This document shows positions 44,120 to 57,615 of a stretch of DNA of 64,000 nt, in pieces (position 1 is the stretch's first letter; each line of letters opens with the position of its first letter). The DNA lies in the NCBI GenBank assembly GCA_002104945.1, contig MCFH01000006.1, positions 496,001 through 560,000 on the forward strand, given 5' to 3'. The notes beneath the pieces were generated by a model, which saw only the letters and a program-made list of their open reading frames with translations, did no database searches and was not told the origin of the DNA. Position numbers and translations under genes: made by a program. The stretch is from Piromyces finnis finn. Its lineage: Eukaryota; Fungi; Neocallimastigomycota.

Positions 44120-46027
44120 TTCTTGGGGCCAAGAGAAAATATTTATTTAACACAATAATTGTAATGATTAGTAATTTTATAATTTAATACTAAAAATTTA
44201 ACATTATTTATTTTAAAAATTTATATTTCAAATTTATGATATTTATATTATATTCAATGAATAAATCATTATTTAAAAAATAATATATAATATAAAACAG
44301 ATTTCGAAATTATATTCATATTTAATATATATTTATTTTAAATCATTATAGTAAAAAAACAATAATACAATACAATATATATTTACTATATTATCAATTT
44401 TATATATTGAAATCTCTCTCTTTTTTTTTTTTAAATTTTTGAAAATTATTTTCTGAAAAAAAATTTTGATTTAATCTTTTATTACTATAGTTAATTGTTA
44501 TAAATTGAAAAATAAAGATATAAAGGAAAATGATGAAAAAAAAAGCTTGAATAATTAAGATATTAATTATATATATTTATTACCTTTTTACTTTATATTT
44601 TTAATATTTTATTTTAGATAATTTATAAATTATTACTGTTATTATATTATTATATAAAAAAGAATTATAATAATAGATTTAGAATGAAATTTTAAATAAT
44701 GGTTTAATAATCAAGTGAATTCTATTTATTTATTACTACTATTACTACTACTATTACTGCTACTACTATTATTATTATTATTACTCTCTATTATATTATT
44801 TATTATAATTTTAATTACATTTCATTAATATTACAGAAAATATCAACTAATAAAAGCTTTTTAATATTTTTTTAATTTTTTTTTTTTTTTTTAATTTTTA
44901 TAGTTTATATCTTTTTAATAATAATTATTTGGTATAGGATTCAGCATTCAACAATAACAATTTATATATTTGTTGATTTATATATGTTATTTACATAAAT
45001 CTATGTATATTTTACATAAATCAAAATATGATTGATGATAAAAGGTTGATATGAATTAAACTCTAAATTACACAAATTTTTTATTATAAACATTATTATT
45101 TTTCTAAATATCAAATATCAAATTACCATCTAAACTTTCATGAATATTTTTATTATGGAAAATGTAAATGAACTAGAAGATGCTTTTTTTTAAACAACTT
45201 CATCATCCTGACATCAGATTAATTGATGAATTATAAAATAAAAAGACGTTATAATATCTATTTAATGAGAATCATTTTCAATAACTAATTGACCAATTAT
45301 GATATTGGGATTATATGTATCATACATTTACATTATATATATATATATATATTTTTTTTTTTTACATTTGGTGGAAATAATTAATTTTATATTATTAAAT
45401 ATAAGGAAAAGTAACAAGTCAAGTATTTATAAATTAAAATATTGAAATTTAAATATTTTTATAAAAATAATTCTTTATTATAATTATATTTTATTTTTTT
45501 ATATCTTTTAATAAAATAAAAAAAAGAATATTTATTTTATAATATATTACATTAATTGAGAAATATTACTATTTAAATAGTTTTATATATTTGACACATC
45601 AATCCAATGTTATTTTTCTTTTGAAATATATTAAAAATTTTATATTAGAAATAAGTGAAAAGATAAAATATACTTGAATTTTTATATATATTATGTTTTT
45701 TAAATTATTAATTTTCCTATTTCAACTTTTGATATTATTGATTTTATTATTATTTATTAATTATGGTGTATATTATATTTTAGGTAAAATTCAAAATAAT
45801 ACAATATTTGAAAGGTAGTTTCATTACCTGTTATAATAATGAGAATGATGCTTTAATAGTTATGATATAAAATATAATGATAATACTAAAAATAAAATAT
45901 GTTCTATACATTGTTTTTATTCATATTTTGTTAGTATTAATATATAAATGTTTGGAAGTTTTAATTTTTATGTTTTGTTCATGTTCTCTTATTATTTATG
46001 ATTATTCATTTATTTTTTTATATAAAA

Positions 46028-47244
46028 TTAAAATGTACTCCATGTCCAGTCATTTGGAACTGACATAAGTGTTGCTGGTGGTAAATCTATAAAAATTTTT
46101 ATTTATTATTTGTATTATTAATTAATATGTTTATGATAAAAAAAAAAGTTCATTATAATATAATATTTACCCGGTACAGGTGCGGGTTTATTTATTGAAA
46201 TATTTTCAGAACTAGGATTATAATAATCATTTGATTCTGTTTTATTTATATTAAATAGATTAAATATTAGAAATACTACAATTTTTTCTGCTTTTTTTTT
46301 TTTTTTCTTCTGTATTACATCATAATATTACCTCTCTGTATCCCAGGTGTAGTTTCTCTTCTTTTTTGCCTATATCTACCTTGATCAGAATTATTCATCA
46401 TCATTTTTAAATTATTTTTTCTTTCTTCATCACACTTTCTACATATTCTTGATTCTATACCTAATTATTATATAATCATTTTCAGAATTTAAAGTATTTC
46501 GTTTTTCAATATTCATTTATTATAGTTTTCAAATTTACCTTTTGGATTAAATCTACAATCCTGGTCTAATCTAGCTGTGTAACTGGTACAGTAATTACAG
46601 AAAATGTCACCACATCTTGTAATATTTTTTATTTTTATTTTTTTTTTACAAAAAGATAATTAATATATTTGATATTATTAATTCATTAATATAATAGTAT
46701 TGTATGGTTATTTAATTTTTAATTATGTATTAATACTAATATAAAAATATATTACTTTCTGCAATGGTGTCTACGATTGATTAAAGTAAATGCTTTACTG
46801 CATTCCGTACAACTCGATACTTCTGAATCAGGCTTTTAAATCCCATTATATTATTTATAATGAAATATATTATTAAAATGAAAAATTATAATTTCATTTT
46901 TATTCTTTAGTAACAAAATTCATTTAATAATTATATATAATTCTTGATAATTATTTTATACATTTTAAATTAAAAATATATTTATTATTCAATGTTTTTC
47001 AATTTAAAATGAACAAAATTTATACCTTCCAATGATTTTTAGAAGGTGGTCCTGTTACAAATGATGATGGTGTTGTTAAGAAATTAATTTCTCCCTGTTG
47101 AATATAATTATATTGTTGAGCTGAGTGAGAATTTTCATTTGTTTCGTAAGAAATTGAATTGGAAGAAGTAGAATCAGAACGGTATTCTGGACCAATACTT
47201 GGATGAGCTGGTCTCTTTTTTCTTAATTCTTCATAAATATTCAT
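46028..47244 (-). CDS. FYVE zinc-finger protein, Pib2-like, about 208 aa, 6 exons
   Basis: Spliced HWK/PDSEVSSCTEC..RRHHCRK/CGDIFC..C..RICRKC is a complete FYVE finger. The C-terminus SVPNDWTWSTF resembles the fungal Pib2 tail motif (from recall). Confidence 0.85.
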
Positions 47245-48621
47245 TTTAACTAATTATTACTAATATTTTAATAATTTAGAAATTTTAATAGAGTTAAAAC
47301 TTTTATTTTGATATTCATTAATATATTTTTTATAAATATATATATATATTATAGAATTTCTTATAAGAAAGATGTATATAAATTCCAAATACAACTAAAT
47401 AAAAAAAAAACTTTCATTGGTTTTTATTTCTTCATTTGAAATTTTATACTAAATTATTTAATAATTATAGAAATTATGAAATTTCTTTTAATAATAATAC
47501 ATTTTTTTTTTTCATGTATATTATTTTTATTAAATTAATTAAAAGGATGGCTGTTTAAAATACTCTATAGAAAGCATACAATTTCTTTCATTTTTATTTA
47601 CTTTATTTAATTATTACTTGATAAAAGCGTTTATAATAAAATTGGAAGTTATAAATTTACAATTAGGAACATACCAATTATTTTATTTTTATTAATTGAT
47701 ATTTATAATTTGTTATTTTTATTTACTTTATATCTTCTCTTATAATATTTTTAGTTATAATAAATATAATTGGTTAAATATCCTTTTACTTACAATTTAC
47801 AAAATTTATATAGTTTTCTTTTTTTTTTTTTTAAAAAAAAAGAATATTGAAGATATTAAATTTAATTATAGTTTTTATGTATTTTTATTTTAAAAATTAA
47901 TTAAAAAAAATAATTTAAATAAAGTTTAAATACAATACATTTTAATAAATATAATTTTTTGTACATTACATAAAATTTTAATTAATAAAAATTTAGGATT
48001 TATATTTCAAACTTTCAAAGAAAGTTGTATCGATAATTATAAAAGCAATAATAGCAATAATAATAACAATATACTGAATTACTGAATTATAAAAAAATAA
48101 AAAACATACAAAATGTTAGTTTCGATATATATATATTAAAATTAAATGAAAAAATATATTATTTTTTCTATAAATATATGGATTAAGAAAATATAAAAGT
48201 TTACCTAGAATTATTATTTACTTTAATTATATATTAATTAATATTAAAATATATTGTGTAACTTTTATTTTCTTAAATATATCCTTTACCATTAACAAAA
48301 TTGTAATTATATGATCATATAATAATTATAATAATGGAAAAAAAAAAAAATTAAGCATATCATTATTTAAACAATTATTAATATTATTAATGCCATAAAG
48401 ACTTTTATTATCTGTATTAATTCATTAATATTTAATTAAATTAAGTTTAAAAATAGGAACAATTACAAAATTATGTTATTTTTATTATATTTACACAAAT
48501 TCTTGTTAGAATTGTTTATATATATATACTTTTTTAAAAAAATTTTATTAAAATTTCTACAAAATAATATACTTCTAATACTATGATTAGATGAAACAAA
48601 AATTATAATTTTTCATCAGTT

Positions 48622-49213
48622 TCATTGTGGATTTAAATGGTATATTATTATTAATAGTATTCCTATTATAATATTCTTTTTAATAGACATGGCTTTTATT
48701 TCATATTTATTATTTAATTCCTTCAACCCTAGATTTATGTTTAATACTTTTGCAGACTTTATGAAATGATTTATTTTTGAATTTTTATGTTTGGTTGATT
48801 TATCTATTTTTTATGAAAATTTTATTTATTTTAATAATTATTATAATTATTATACTAATATATATATATATGAATCCTAATTATTTTTACTTTTTAATAT
48901 ATTTTTAAACCATCTAAAAGCTCCATATGAATTGTATAAGGTTGAATATACATTATTTCTATTCATTGATTCGAGTTTATGTAAATCCAATTTTCTATTT
49001 ACCATATTTTTAACACCATATTCATTACCTATTTTAATAAAAATTTAAAGTAGCTTAATACACAATATGATTTCATAATAAAAATTAAAATTTTGAATGG
49101 TTACAATTTTCATGGCATATATTATTGTTGGTGAATTGAACATTATTAAATCCATTGACATATACTACACTTAGGACTACTATAAAAAAGAATAATAATT
49201 TTTTTATTTCCAT
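48622..49213 (-). CDS. Predicted small secreted or GPI-anchored protein, 142 aa; exons 49213-49105, 49028-48891, 48803-48622
   Basis: Signal peptide MEIKKLLFFFIVVLSVVYVNG; two GT-AG introns of 76 and 87 nt that keep frame (429 nt total); hydrophobic C-terminal tail NIIIGILLIIIYHL. Confidence 0.6.
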
Positions 49214-50692
49214 TATTAACTATAATTATTATAAATAAGAAATATACTTTTTTTTATTTTTTATTCATTTTTTCTTGAAATTATTAAGTATATATATATA
49301 TAATTTAAAAAGCATTTATTTTATATAAATTATATAATCTGCTAATGATAGATGTAATTGTTTTAACAGTATTAATTATTAATGAAAAGGTCCCCCCTCC
49401 TCTATATTCTAAATTATACAAGATAAAATAGTTATTTTTAAACTGTAAATAGTAATAATACAAATAGTAATAGATTGTATTACAAATAATAATAATGTAG
49501 ATTATTAATTATTTAAACTGTAAATAGTAATAATACAAATAATAATAATGTAGATTATTAATTATTATAGTGCTAAATAGATATTTAAACACTAAATAAA
49601 TTATATCATATGAATTAATAAAATTTATTATTGGCTAATTTAAACTATATATATTACAAATTTCTAAAATTAGTCTAATTAAAATAAGATTAAATTTGAT
49701 TAATTATCATTAGTATCATTAATACTCCATATAACATATTATTTATTATTTATCTATGAAATGAAAAAAAAATATTGTATACAAATTAGTATGAAATAGC
49801 CAAAGATATTTTATTTATTATAGCTTATTAAAATATTTATTTTATTATAGTAATATTTATTATTCCTCTAAACCATTTGTAAATTGATTCATTTAGAAAA
49901 ACATAATAATATAATGTAAATGATCAACAACTTCACATACGAATGATATTATGGCTTATAAAATAAAATTTCAATTATATTCAATTTACATTCTATTAGT
50001 AAATAAACATATTGTGGCTTTTATTTTTATTCTCATAATAATAATAATTGTTTGCTCAAATATTTTTTTAGTATAAGCATCTATTTTTTTTTAATTAAAT
50101 AAAATACTTTTTTCTTTTGTATTAAAAGTATTTTTACATTTATTTTATTAATTTTACTATTAAAAGTGTTTTTACATGTGCTTTATTAAAATTATATCTA
50201 CCTACTACCATTATTTTTAATAAAATGAATATTTCTCTAACTATACTATATATAATATATAGTGGAGAATATTTCATTACATTTTGTAAGAAACTGTTAC
50301 ATTACTTTAGAATAATTGTAATAGAATTTTGTTATTAAATAGAATTTTAATATATATTTTTAATATATTGGTTAATAATTTTTTATATATTAAATCATAC
50401 TAACTATTGAATGGTAATAAACATATTTTAATAATACAGTTAATTTAATAATTTATTTTTATTAGTTATGCATATTTTTAAACATAACCTTATTTATTAT
50501 AAAATTATGTATGGTGTTATTAAAAACTTACCATTAATATATAAGAATTGAAATGAAATAATATATTACAATGTATTTTCATTTATATCAAAATCTCTTT
50601 GGTTTTTGTACAACAGTATATCCGAGGCATATTTTGTTTTACAAATATATAAAAATGCATATTACAAAATACAATTTATTCTATTGTTTTTA

Positions 50693-50820
<128 letters not shown>

Positions 50821-51002
50821 ACCTTTTTGAATATGTTTTTTTTAATTATAAAATTAACTTTGGGAATTCTTTTAATATTTGCATTATATTAAAAATTTTA
50901 GATTGCAATTTTAAATAATATTTTTTAATATTTGTTTCAATCATTAAATTTATTTTTTTTTTTGTTTTTCTTTTATTTTTTTACTTTTTTTTTTTAAATT
51001 TC

Positions 51003-51035
<33 letters not shown>

Positions 51036-51394
51036 TCAATTAAAAAAAAGTGTAAATTTACAAAATTTAAAAAAAAAGTAAAATTTATTAATAACAAAAA
51101 AAAACAAAGAAATATTTTTTTTCTTTATTTAATAAAATAAATTAAATAAAGAAAAAAAAAAAAAATTAAAAAAAAGGAAGGAAGCAATATTTAAACTTTT
51201 ATTGTTTATATATAACCTAAAATTTTGGTTTTACCAATATTTAATCAAAATCTTTATATATTGATTAATCAGTAAAAAAAAAAAAAAACAAGTTCCAGTA
51301 ATTTTTAATAATAATAATAATAATAAAAAATAATAAAAAATTAATTTTACATTATTATAGAAATTCATAATAAAGTATTAATAGTAAACATAAA

Positions 51395-53814
51395 ATGTTC
51401 AGAATATCAAAGATTGCATTATTAGCATTATCAGCATTATCAATAACAAATGCACAACTTAATCAAAATCCAAATGTTGCAGCTAATACTTGTACAACTA
51501 TAAGTTCAACAATATGTTCAGATTTTGCTGTAATTAATTCAAAGGTAGCACAAAGTCAATTTGATGCTTTAGTTCAAACTCAAATTAACCAAATAAAAGC
51601 TTCATTGAGTGGCCTTGGTACAGCTTGTGATATCGCATCAAATGCTAGATATATAAAAAGTGTTGCATGTGCATTCGTAATTAAGGACCAAGGTTGTGGT
51701 AGAAGTACTCCAATTTGTCCATCTGTTTGTACACAATTTACTAAATCTTTGAATGGTATTGCATGTATTCAACAAAATGGATTAACTCAAATTGGCAGTA
51801 GATGTTCAAGTGTTTCAGCCCAATTACAAAATTGTTTAGATTATTATGATATGGAATTGGATAGTTGTGGTATGTATATTTATTATATTTAATATAATTT
51901 ATTTTAATAGTTACTTGATAATTTTTTTTCTACTAGTAATAATAATTTTCTTTATAATTAAATATAATATAAAATATCAATCTATTTTTATAACCTTTTT
52001 CTTATTTTGTAATAAATCGTAATTACGAAAAATAAAATCTAAATAATTAAATATCGTATTAAATAATTAATTAATAATTAGGATTTGAAAACGCAGCTCA
52101 GAAAGCAAGTTTCTGTGCTACTAATAGTAACTTAAAGTGTTGTGGTGGTACAGGTACATTGAATACTGGAAATACTGGAAATACTTTAGGTAATACTCAA
52201 CCTGTACAACCTGCACAACCTTTAACTAATCAATCTCAAACAACATCATTAAATACTTCAAATACAAGTACCACCCCATCTGCTTCTTCAACAGAAACAA
52301 ATACAGAAAAAGAAACAAAAAAACAAAAAAAGGAAGGTGGAAGCTTTTTAACTAGTAAAGCTTTCTTAATAATAGCTGGTATTCTTGTTTTAATTATTGC
52401 TGTATTAGGTTACTTCTACTATGTCGGTAGTAAGGATGAGAAGGAAGAAAGAATGAGAAATTTAGAAAGTGCAAACAATAATACTACATATGGAAATAAC
52501 AATTATGGTCAAACTCAAACCGTTGAAATTAACAAGACCCAAAATTTAAATGTTAACAATGAATATGTCAACAATGAATATACCTATAACGCTAATTTAC
52601 CAAATAACGGAAATTCACAATATGGTGAAAATCAAGCTTATAATCAACCCTACGGTGAAAGCCAAGCATACAACCAATCCTACGGTGAAAACCAAGCATA
52701 CAACCAATCCTATGGTGCTAATCCATCTTATCCAGCATACGGTGAAAATCAACCATATGGTGCACAAATTTCTGCTGACCCATTCTCAGATAATAATAGA
52801 GTTGATGCAACTAATAATCCATATAATGTATCATATAATGATGTTCAAAACTCTGGCTATCAAAACCAAGACTTAGTTGCTTCAACATCAGAAACTAGAA
52901 ATGTTGAAAATGCAGAGAACCCATTTGATTCTCCAAAGTTAGATAATGCTGAAACTGATTATAACAGCCAAATTAATAAGAGTATGCAAGAACTTAGTAA
53001 AAACTTCTCAGCCGATGATATGCCAACTCCATCTGTTGTTAAGCTTACTTCAATTGAAAAACCCCAACAAAGTAACACCAATAGTGAAGAAGAACAAAAA
53101 AAGGAAGAAAACCCAGATGATATGTTAAAACCATCCATGGTTAGAATGACTAATATTGAAACACCAGTCCCATCTAATACCATACCAGCTGATAAAGATA
53201 TTAGTATTGGGGATGATGTTTTAAAACCATCTATGGTTAAATTAACTGAAATCGAAACTCCTCAAGAAACTAGCATTAACAATGAAGTACAAGAAGGAAA
53301 GGAAAACAATGAAGCTGATGAAGAACCAAAAAAGGCTGTTGTTAATATGATTGATCTCAAGTCACCAGCTTCTAATGAAGCATTAAATGCAGGTAATATT
53401 ACTCCATCTATTATGGTTACTTCTACTGATGGCAAGACTACAACTCCAGCTGATGGTGCTGAAGGTGCTTCACAACAAGAAGAAATAACAGAAGAATATT
53501 CTGAAATGCCAGAACCAAGACCATTCCGTGCTATCCATGCCTATGAACCACAAATTGATGATGAATTACGTTTAGTTGTTGATAATGAAATAGATGTATT
53601 ATATGAATATGATGATGGTTGGTGTTGGGCTATTAATAAGACTACTGGTGAACAAGGTGCTTGTCCATTATTATGTCTTGTTTCTGCAATGGAAGAAGCA
53701 ACTGGTGAACGTGAATGGGAAAAGGAAATGGATGTTATGAAGGTACCAGGAAGAAGAGAATCCATGCTTTCAACCTCATTTGACACTAGTCGTTTAAGTT
53801 TCCAAAAGAAGTAG
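51395..53814 (+). CDS. Single-pass receptor-like protein, 735 aa: signal peptide, 14-Cys ectodomain, S/T-rich stalk, TM helix, repetitive tail, C-terminal SH3; exons 51395-51869 and 52082-53814
   Basis: Signal peptide MFRISKIALLALSALSITNA; TM FLIIAGILVLIIAVLGYFYY; SH3 FRAIHAYEPQIDDELRL..DDGWCWA..GEQGACPLLCL; the phase-1 GT-AG join restores DSCG/FEN. Confidence 0.88.
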
Positions 53815-53946
53815 ATTACTAAAAGATAAAAACAATTTTATTGTTTTATGAAAAAAGTATTATATTTTTAATATTACTTAATTAAAAAATAGAAAAAATT
53901 ATAAATATAACTACATATAAAAAATAGAAACTCTTTTTTTTTAATA

Positions 53947-53977
<31 letters not shown>

Positions 53978-54521
53978 AACCAAACAGGATAAAAAAAAAA
54001 AAAAACATAAACCATATAACTAACCAATTTAATAATATAATATCAAGAATAAAGATTAATGTATTTTTATTTCTTTCCTTTTTTTTTTTTTTTTTCTCTT
54101 TTTATAAAAATATATTATGTATATTTTCAAAAAACATATACAAATAATATATATCAATATCTTTATTTATTTGTTTAACATTAATAAAATAAAATAAAAT
54201 AAAAAAAAAATAAATAAATAAAATAGTAATAGTAAAAAAAAAAAATAATAATAATAATAATTATTATAAGCATAAATAAAATATAAATAATTTTTATATA
54301 TCAAAAGTAACAAAATTTAAGAGTTTTTTTTTTTTTTTTTTTTTTTTTATTTAAAAAAATGTAATTGTTATGAATATTTTATTCCAGTTTTTACATATAT
54401 TAATATTAGAAAACGGCATTTCTTAGGTATTATCTATTTATGATTATTAAATTATTTAAGGAAAATATATATATATATATTTATATTATAATTTAGCTAT
54501 AAGCTATAGAACACACCCTCT

Positions 54522-56948
54522 TTAAATAATATCATAAGTCATTTGACTTTTAAGAGATTCATTATTTCCATAAACGTTAAAATCAGATAAAGCTTTAGTT
54601 TTCATTTTTGCAGATAATAAAGTATGTTCAATAACACCAATTCTTAGGTTCATTTGTTTAATTTCATTCTTTTTTTTTTTTTTAATTAATAAAAAAAAAA
54701 TATATAATTTATTATTATTTATACTATTACTACTACTATTATTATTATTATTTATATTTATAATATTTCTCCCATAACAAAATAGATATTACCTTTAAAC
54801 GAATATTAGATTGTTTTATTTCTGCTAATGGTTTTGAATCCGTCATACCATTTCCAAATTCGTCAATCATTAACTAATAAAAAAATTTTTTTTTTATTTT
54901 TTTTTAAATATAATATATTTTATTATTTTAAAAATAAAAAAAGTTTTTTTTTTTTTTCTTTTTTTTTTTATTTTTCCTTTTCTTAAATAATATTATTTAA
55001 AATCTATATCTTTATATATTTACTTTGACATTATCTAAATCTTCAGATATTTGAGATAATTGATTTGTTAAATCATTTACGTTAGCTGATGAATTCATAT
55101 ATTTTTGTTTTAATATTGATAATTGGTCTTGTATTTCTCTATTTTCTTCAATCTTTTAATATTTATATATTTCAACATTTTTTTATAATAATAGTTTTTT
55201 TTTTTTTAATTAATTAGTAAAAAAAAAAAATAATAAATTGATATTATTATTAATACAGTATTATCATTTTATTTTATTATTTTTTATTATTTTAAATAAA
55301 AATTTGTAGTTTAACTATTATTTAAAATATATATATATCATACTTGTGATTCAAATTGGGTATTTATATATGTTTCTCTACTTGAAATTTTTTCTAAAGT
55401 TTTTTCAATTTCTTTATGTAATCGTTCTAATTTTGATTTTGTATCTACTAATGATGATGTAATTTTCTATATATATATGTATTTATTAAAATCATCGTTT
55501 GCAAAAAAAAAAAAAAAAAAAGAGTTAATATAATTAATAATTAAAAAAAGTTTGAATTTCTAATTAACTAGTATGCATATATGAGTATAATTTAAATAAG
55601 TATTTACATTATTATGAATATTAATTTGATCTAAATGAACTCTCCAATCTTTATTATCATTTGTAATATGAATTTTTAGTAAGGGTGCAGCTCTTTCAAC
55701 TTCTAATTTCCATTGAGTTGGATCAACAGCTGGTTTTGTTGATATAACTGGTCTTTATATAATTTTTTTTTATAAAATTTAATACAATAATATTGATAAT
55801 TATTATCAGTGTTTTATTTTATTTTATATTTCTTATATTTCTTATTATTTTATTTAAGAAATAGATATTTACATTGAAGATTCTTCTTCTTGATATTGTG
55901 ATTGATTATTAAAGGATGATAAATTATCAATATATACATCTTCTTCATTTTCTACATCATCTGATATTACTTCTTCAATTGAATCTGTTGTAACTTCAGC
56001 ATCTTCATCAACTTCTGCTTCTTCTGGGTTACTTTTAAAAAATGAGATTAATATTATTAGAAAAACAAACAAACAAACATACATACATATATTAATATTC
56101 CTTTATTCCTTTATGAATAAAAAAAAAAAAATTTTTTTTATATTATTTAATAAAAAGGTATGGAAGTACAATACTCATTAGAAAGATGAACTGGTTTTTG
56201 ATATACAAATTTTTTTGATTCAAGTGCTTTATCAGCTAAATTTACTAATATATATATAATAGCTTCTCCGTATCCTTGTTTAATTTTATTTGGTCCATAA
56301 TCGAATGATATATTTTTTTCTTTAATTGCATTTACTATATTGATAGGTGTGGAAGAAATAAGAAATAATAATAATAATAGATATGAATAACGGTTTGAAC
56401 ATTTTCTACTTTATAAAAGAAAGTCTAAAAATCAAACTATTATAGTATGTTTTTAATTAAAAAAAAAATTACATATATTTGTAGATACAGCATTAGGGTC
56501 ATCAAATTGTCCAGGTCTTTCAAAATTAACATTCATTAATTTCATTAACCATGTAAATAAAGAAGTGAAATAATAAAATTGTTCATTTGGATTTGAATTT
56601 TGTTGAGTAAAATAATATGGTGTTAAAGGTTTTAAATTCCTATAAATTATAAATTATAATATATATATATTCATTGTTGATAAAAAAAATCAAATATTTT
56701 TTAATTTATCAGAGTTCACATTGAAGTCATAAATAGTAATGTTAGTTAGCATTATATAAATAAGAATAATAATTTATTTATTTATTTAAAGGCTACTATA
56801 TTACTGAAAGTTTATCATATTGAAAAATTGATGGTCATAATAATTACATTGGTTTACAAAAGTTGGTTTGATACTTTAAGAGTCTTAGTCTATCCAAGAC
56901 ATCTTCCATAACATAGTATTGATTATTTGCAATATTTGTATTGCTCAT
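54522..56948 (-). CDS. IFT57: Intraflagellar transport protein 57; multi-exon
   Basis: MEDVLDRLRLLKY, PLTPYYF..NPNEQFYYF, QFDDPNAV, KIKQGYGE, WKLEVERAAPLLK..DNKDWRVHL, MTDSKPL and MNLRIGVIEHTLL. Confidence 0.93.
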
Positions 56949-57615
56949 TTTTTTCCCCTTATATCTTAACTTTTTTTTTTTAATTATTTTATTTTATTTT
57001 TTTTTTCTAACTTCAAATCTTTCTATGGTCAAATTTTTGAATTATATATATATATTTTTACTTTTTCAATAATTAAAATTTAAGCTCCGTCTCTATCCGT
57101 CAATTTTTGTAAATAAAAAAAAAATTTTTTTTTTCTACTAATTATATTATTTGGTACACATTTTATTTTTTTGTGTAATTTTTAATAAAACTTTAACTTT
57201 TTTTTTTTATTGCTACGTAAAAGAAGAAACCTTTAAGAAATAAGATGAAGTAACAAAACAACAAAAAGCTTTACAAAATATATATATATATATTTTGTAA
57301 TATATCAATTTTAATTTAAGCTCAATTTTATTAGTTTATTTTTATTATAAATTTTAAATAAATACTATTAAAAAATAAAAAAAAAAAAAAAAAAAAAAAC
57401 TTGATGCTTATATTGTGTTATAAAAAAAGATAAAAGTATAAGAAAAAAAAAAAAAAATCTTGTCTTATAAATTAATTTTAAATATCTTGTATTTTTTTTT
57501 TTTTTCTTTTTTGAATTTTAAAATAAATTATATATATGTTTGTAATCTTGTTCTTTCCTTATTTTATAAATAATAACTAGTGTTTTAAAAAGTTTTCTTT
57601 TATTGTTATTATTAT

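Noticed and set aside
44121-44134. Palindrome TCTTGG-GG-CCAAGA just upstream of the SWI1 ATG
   Set aside because: A single 6-bp stem; too short to support a regulatory call.
45120-45350. Fragmentary coding-like sequence upstream of SWI1
   Set aside because: All frames are interrupted and no family is recognised; too weak to call a pseudogene.
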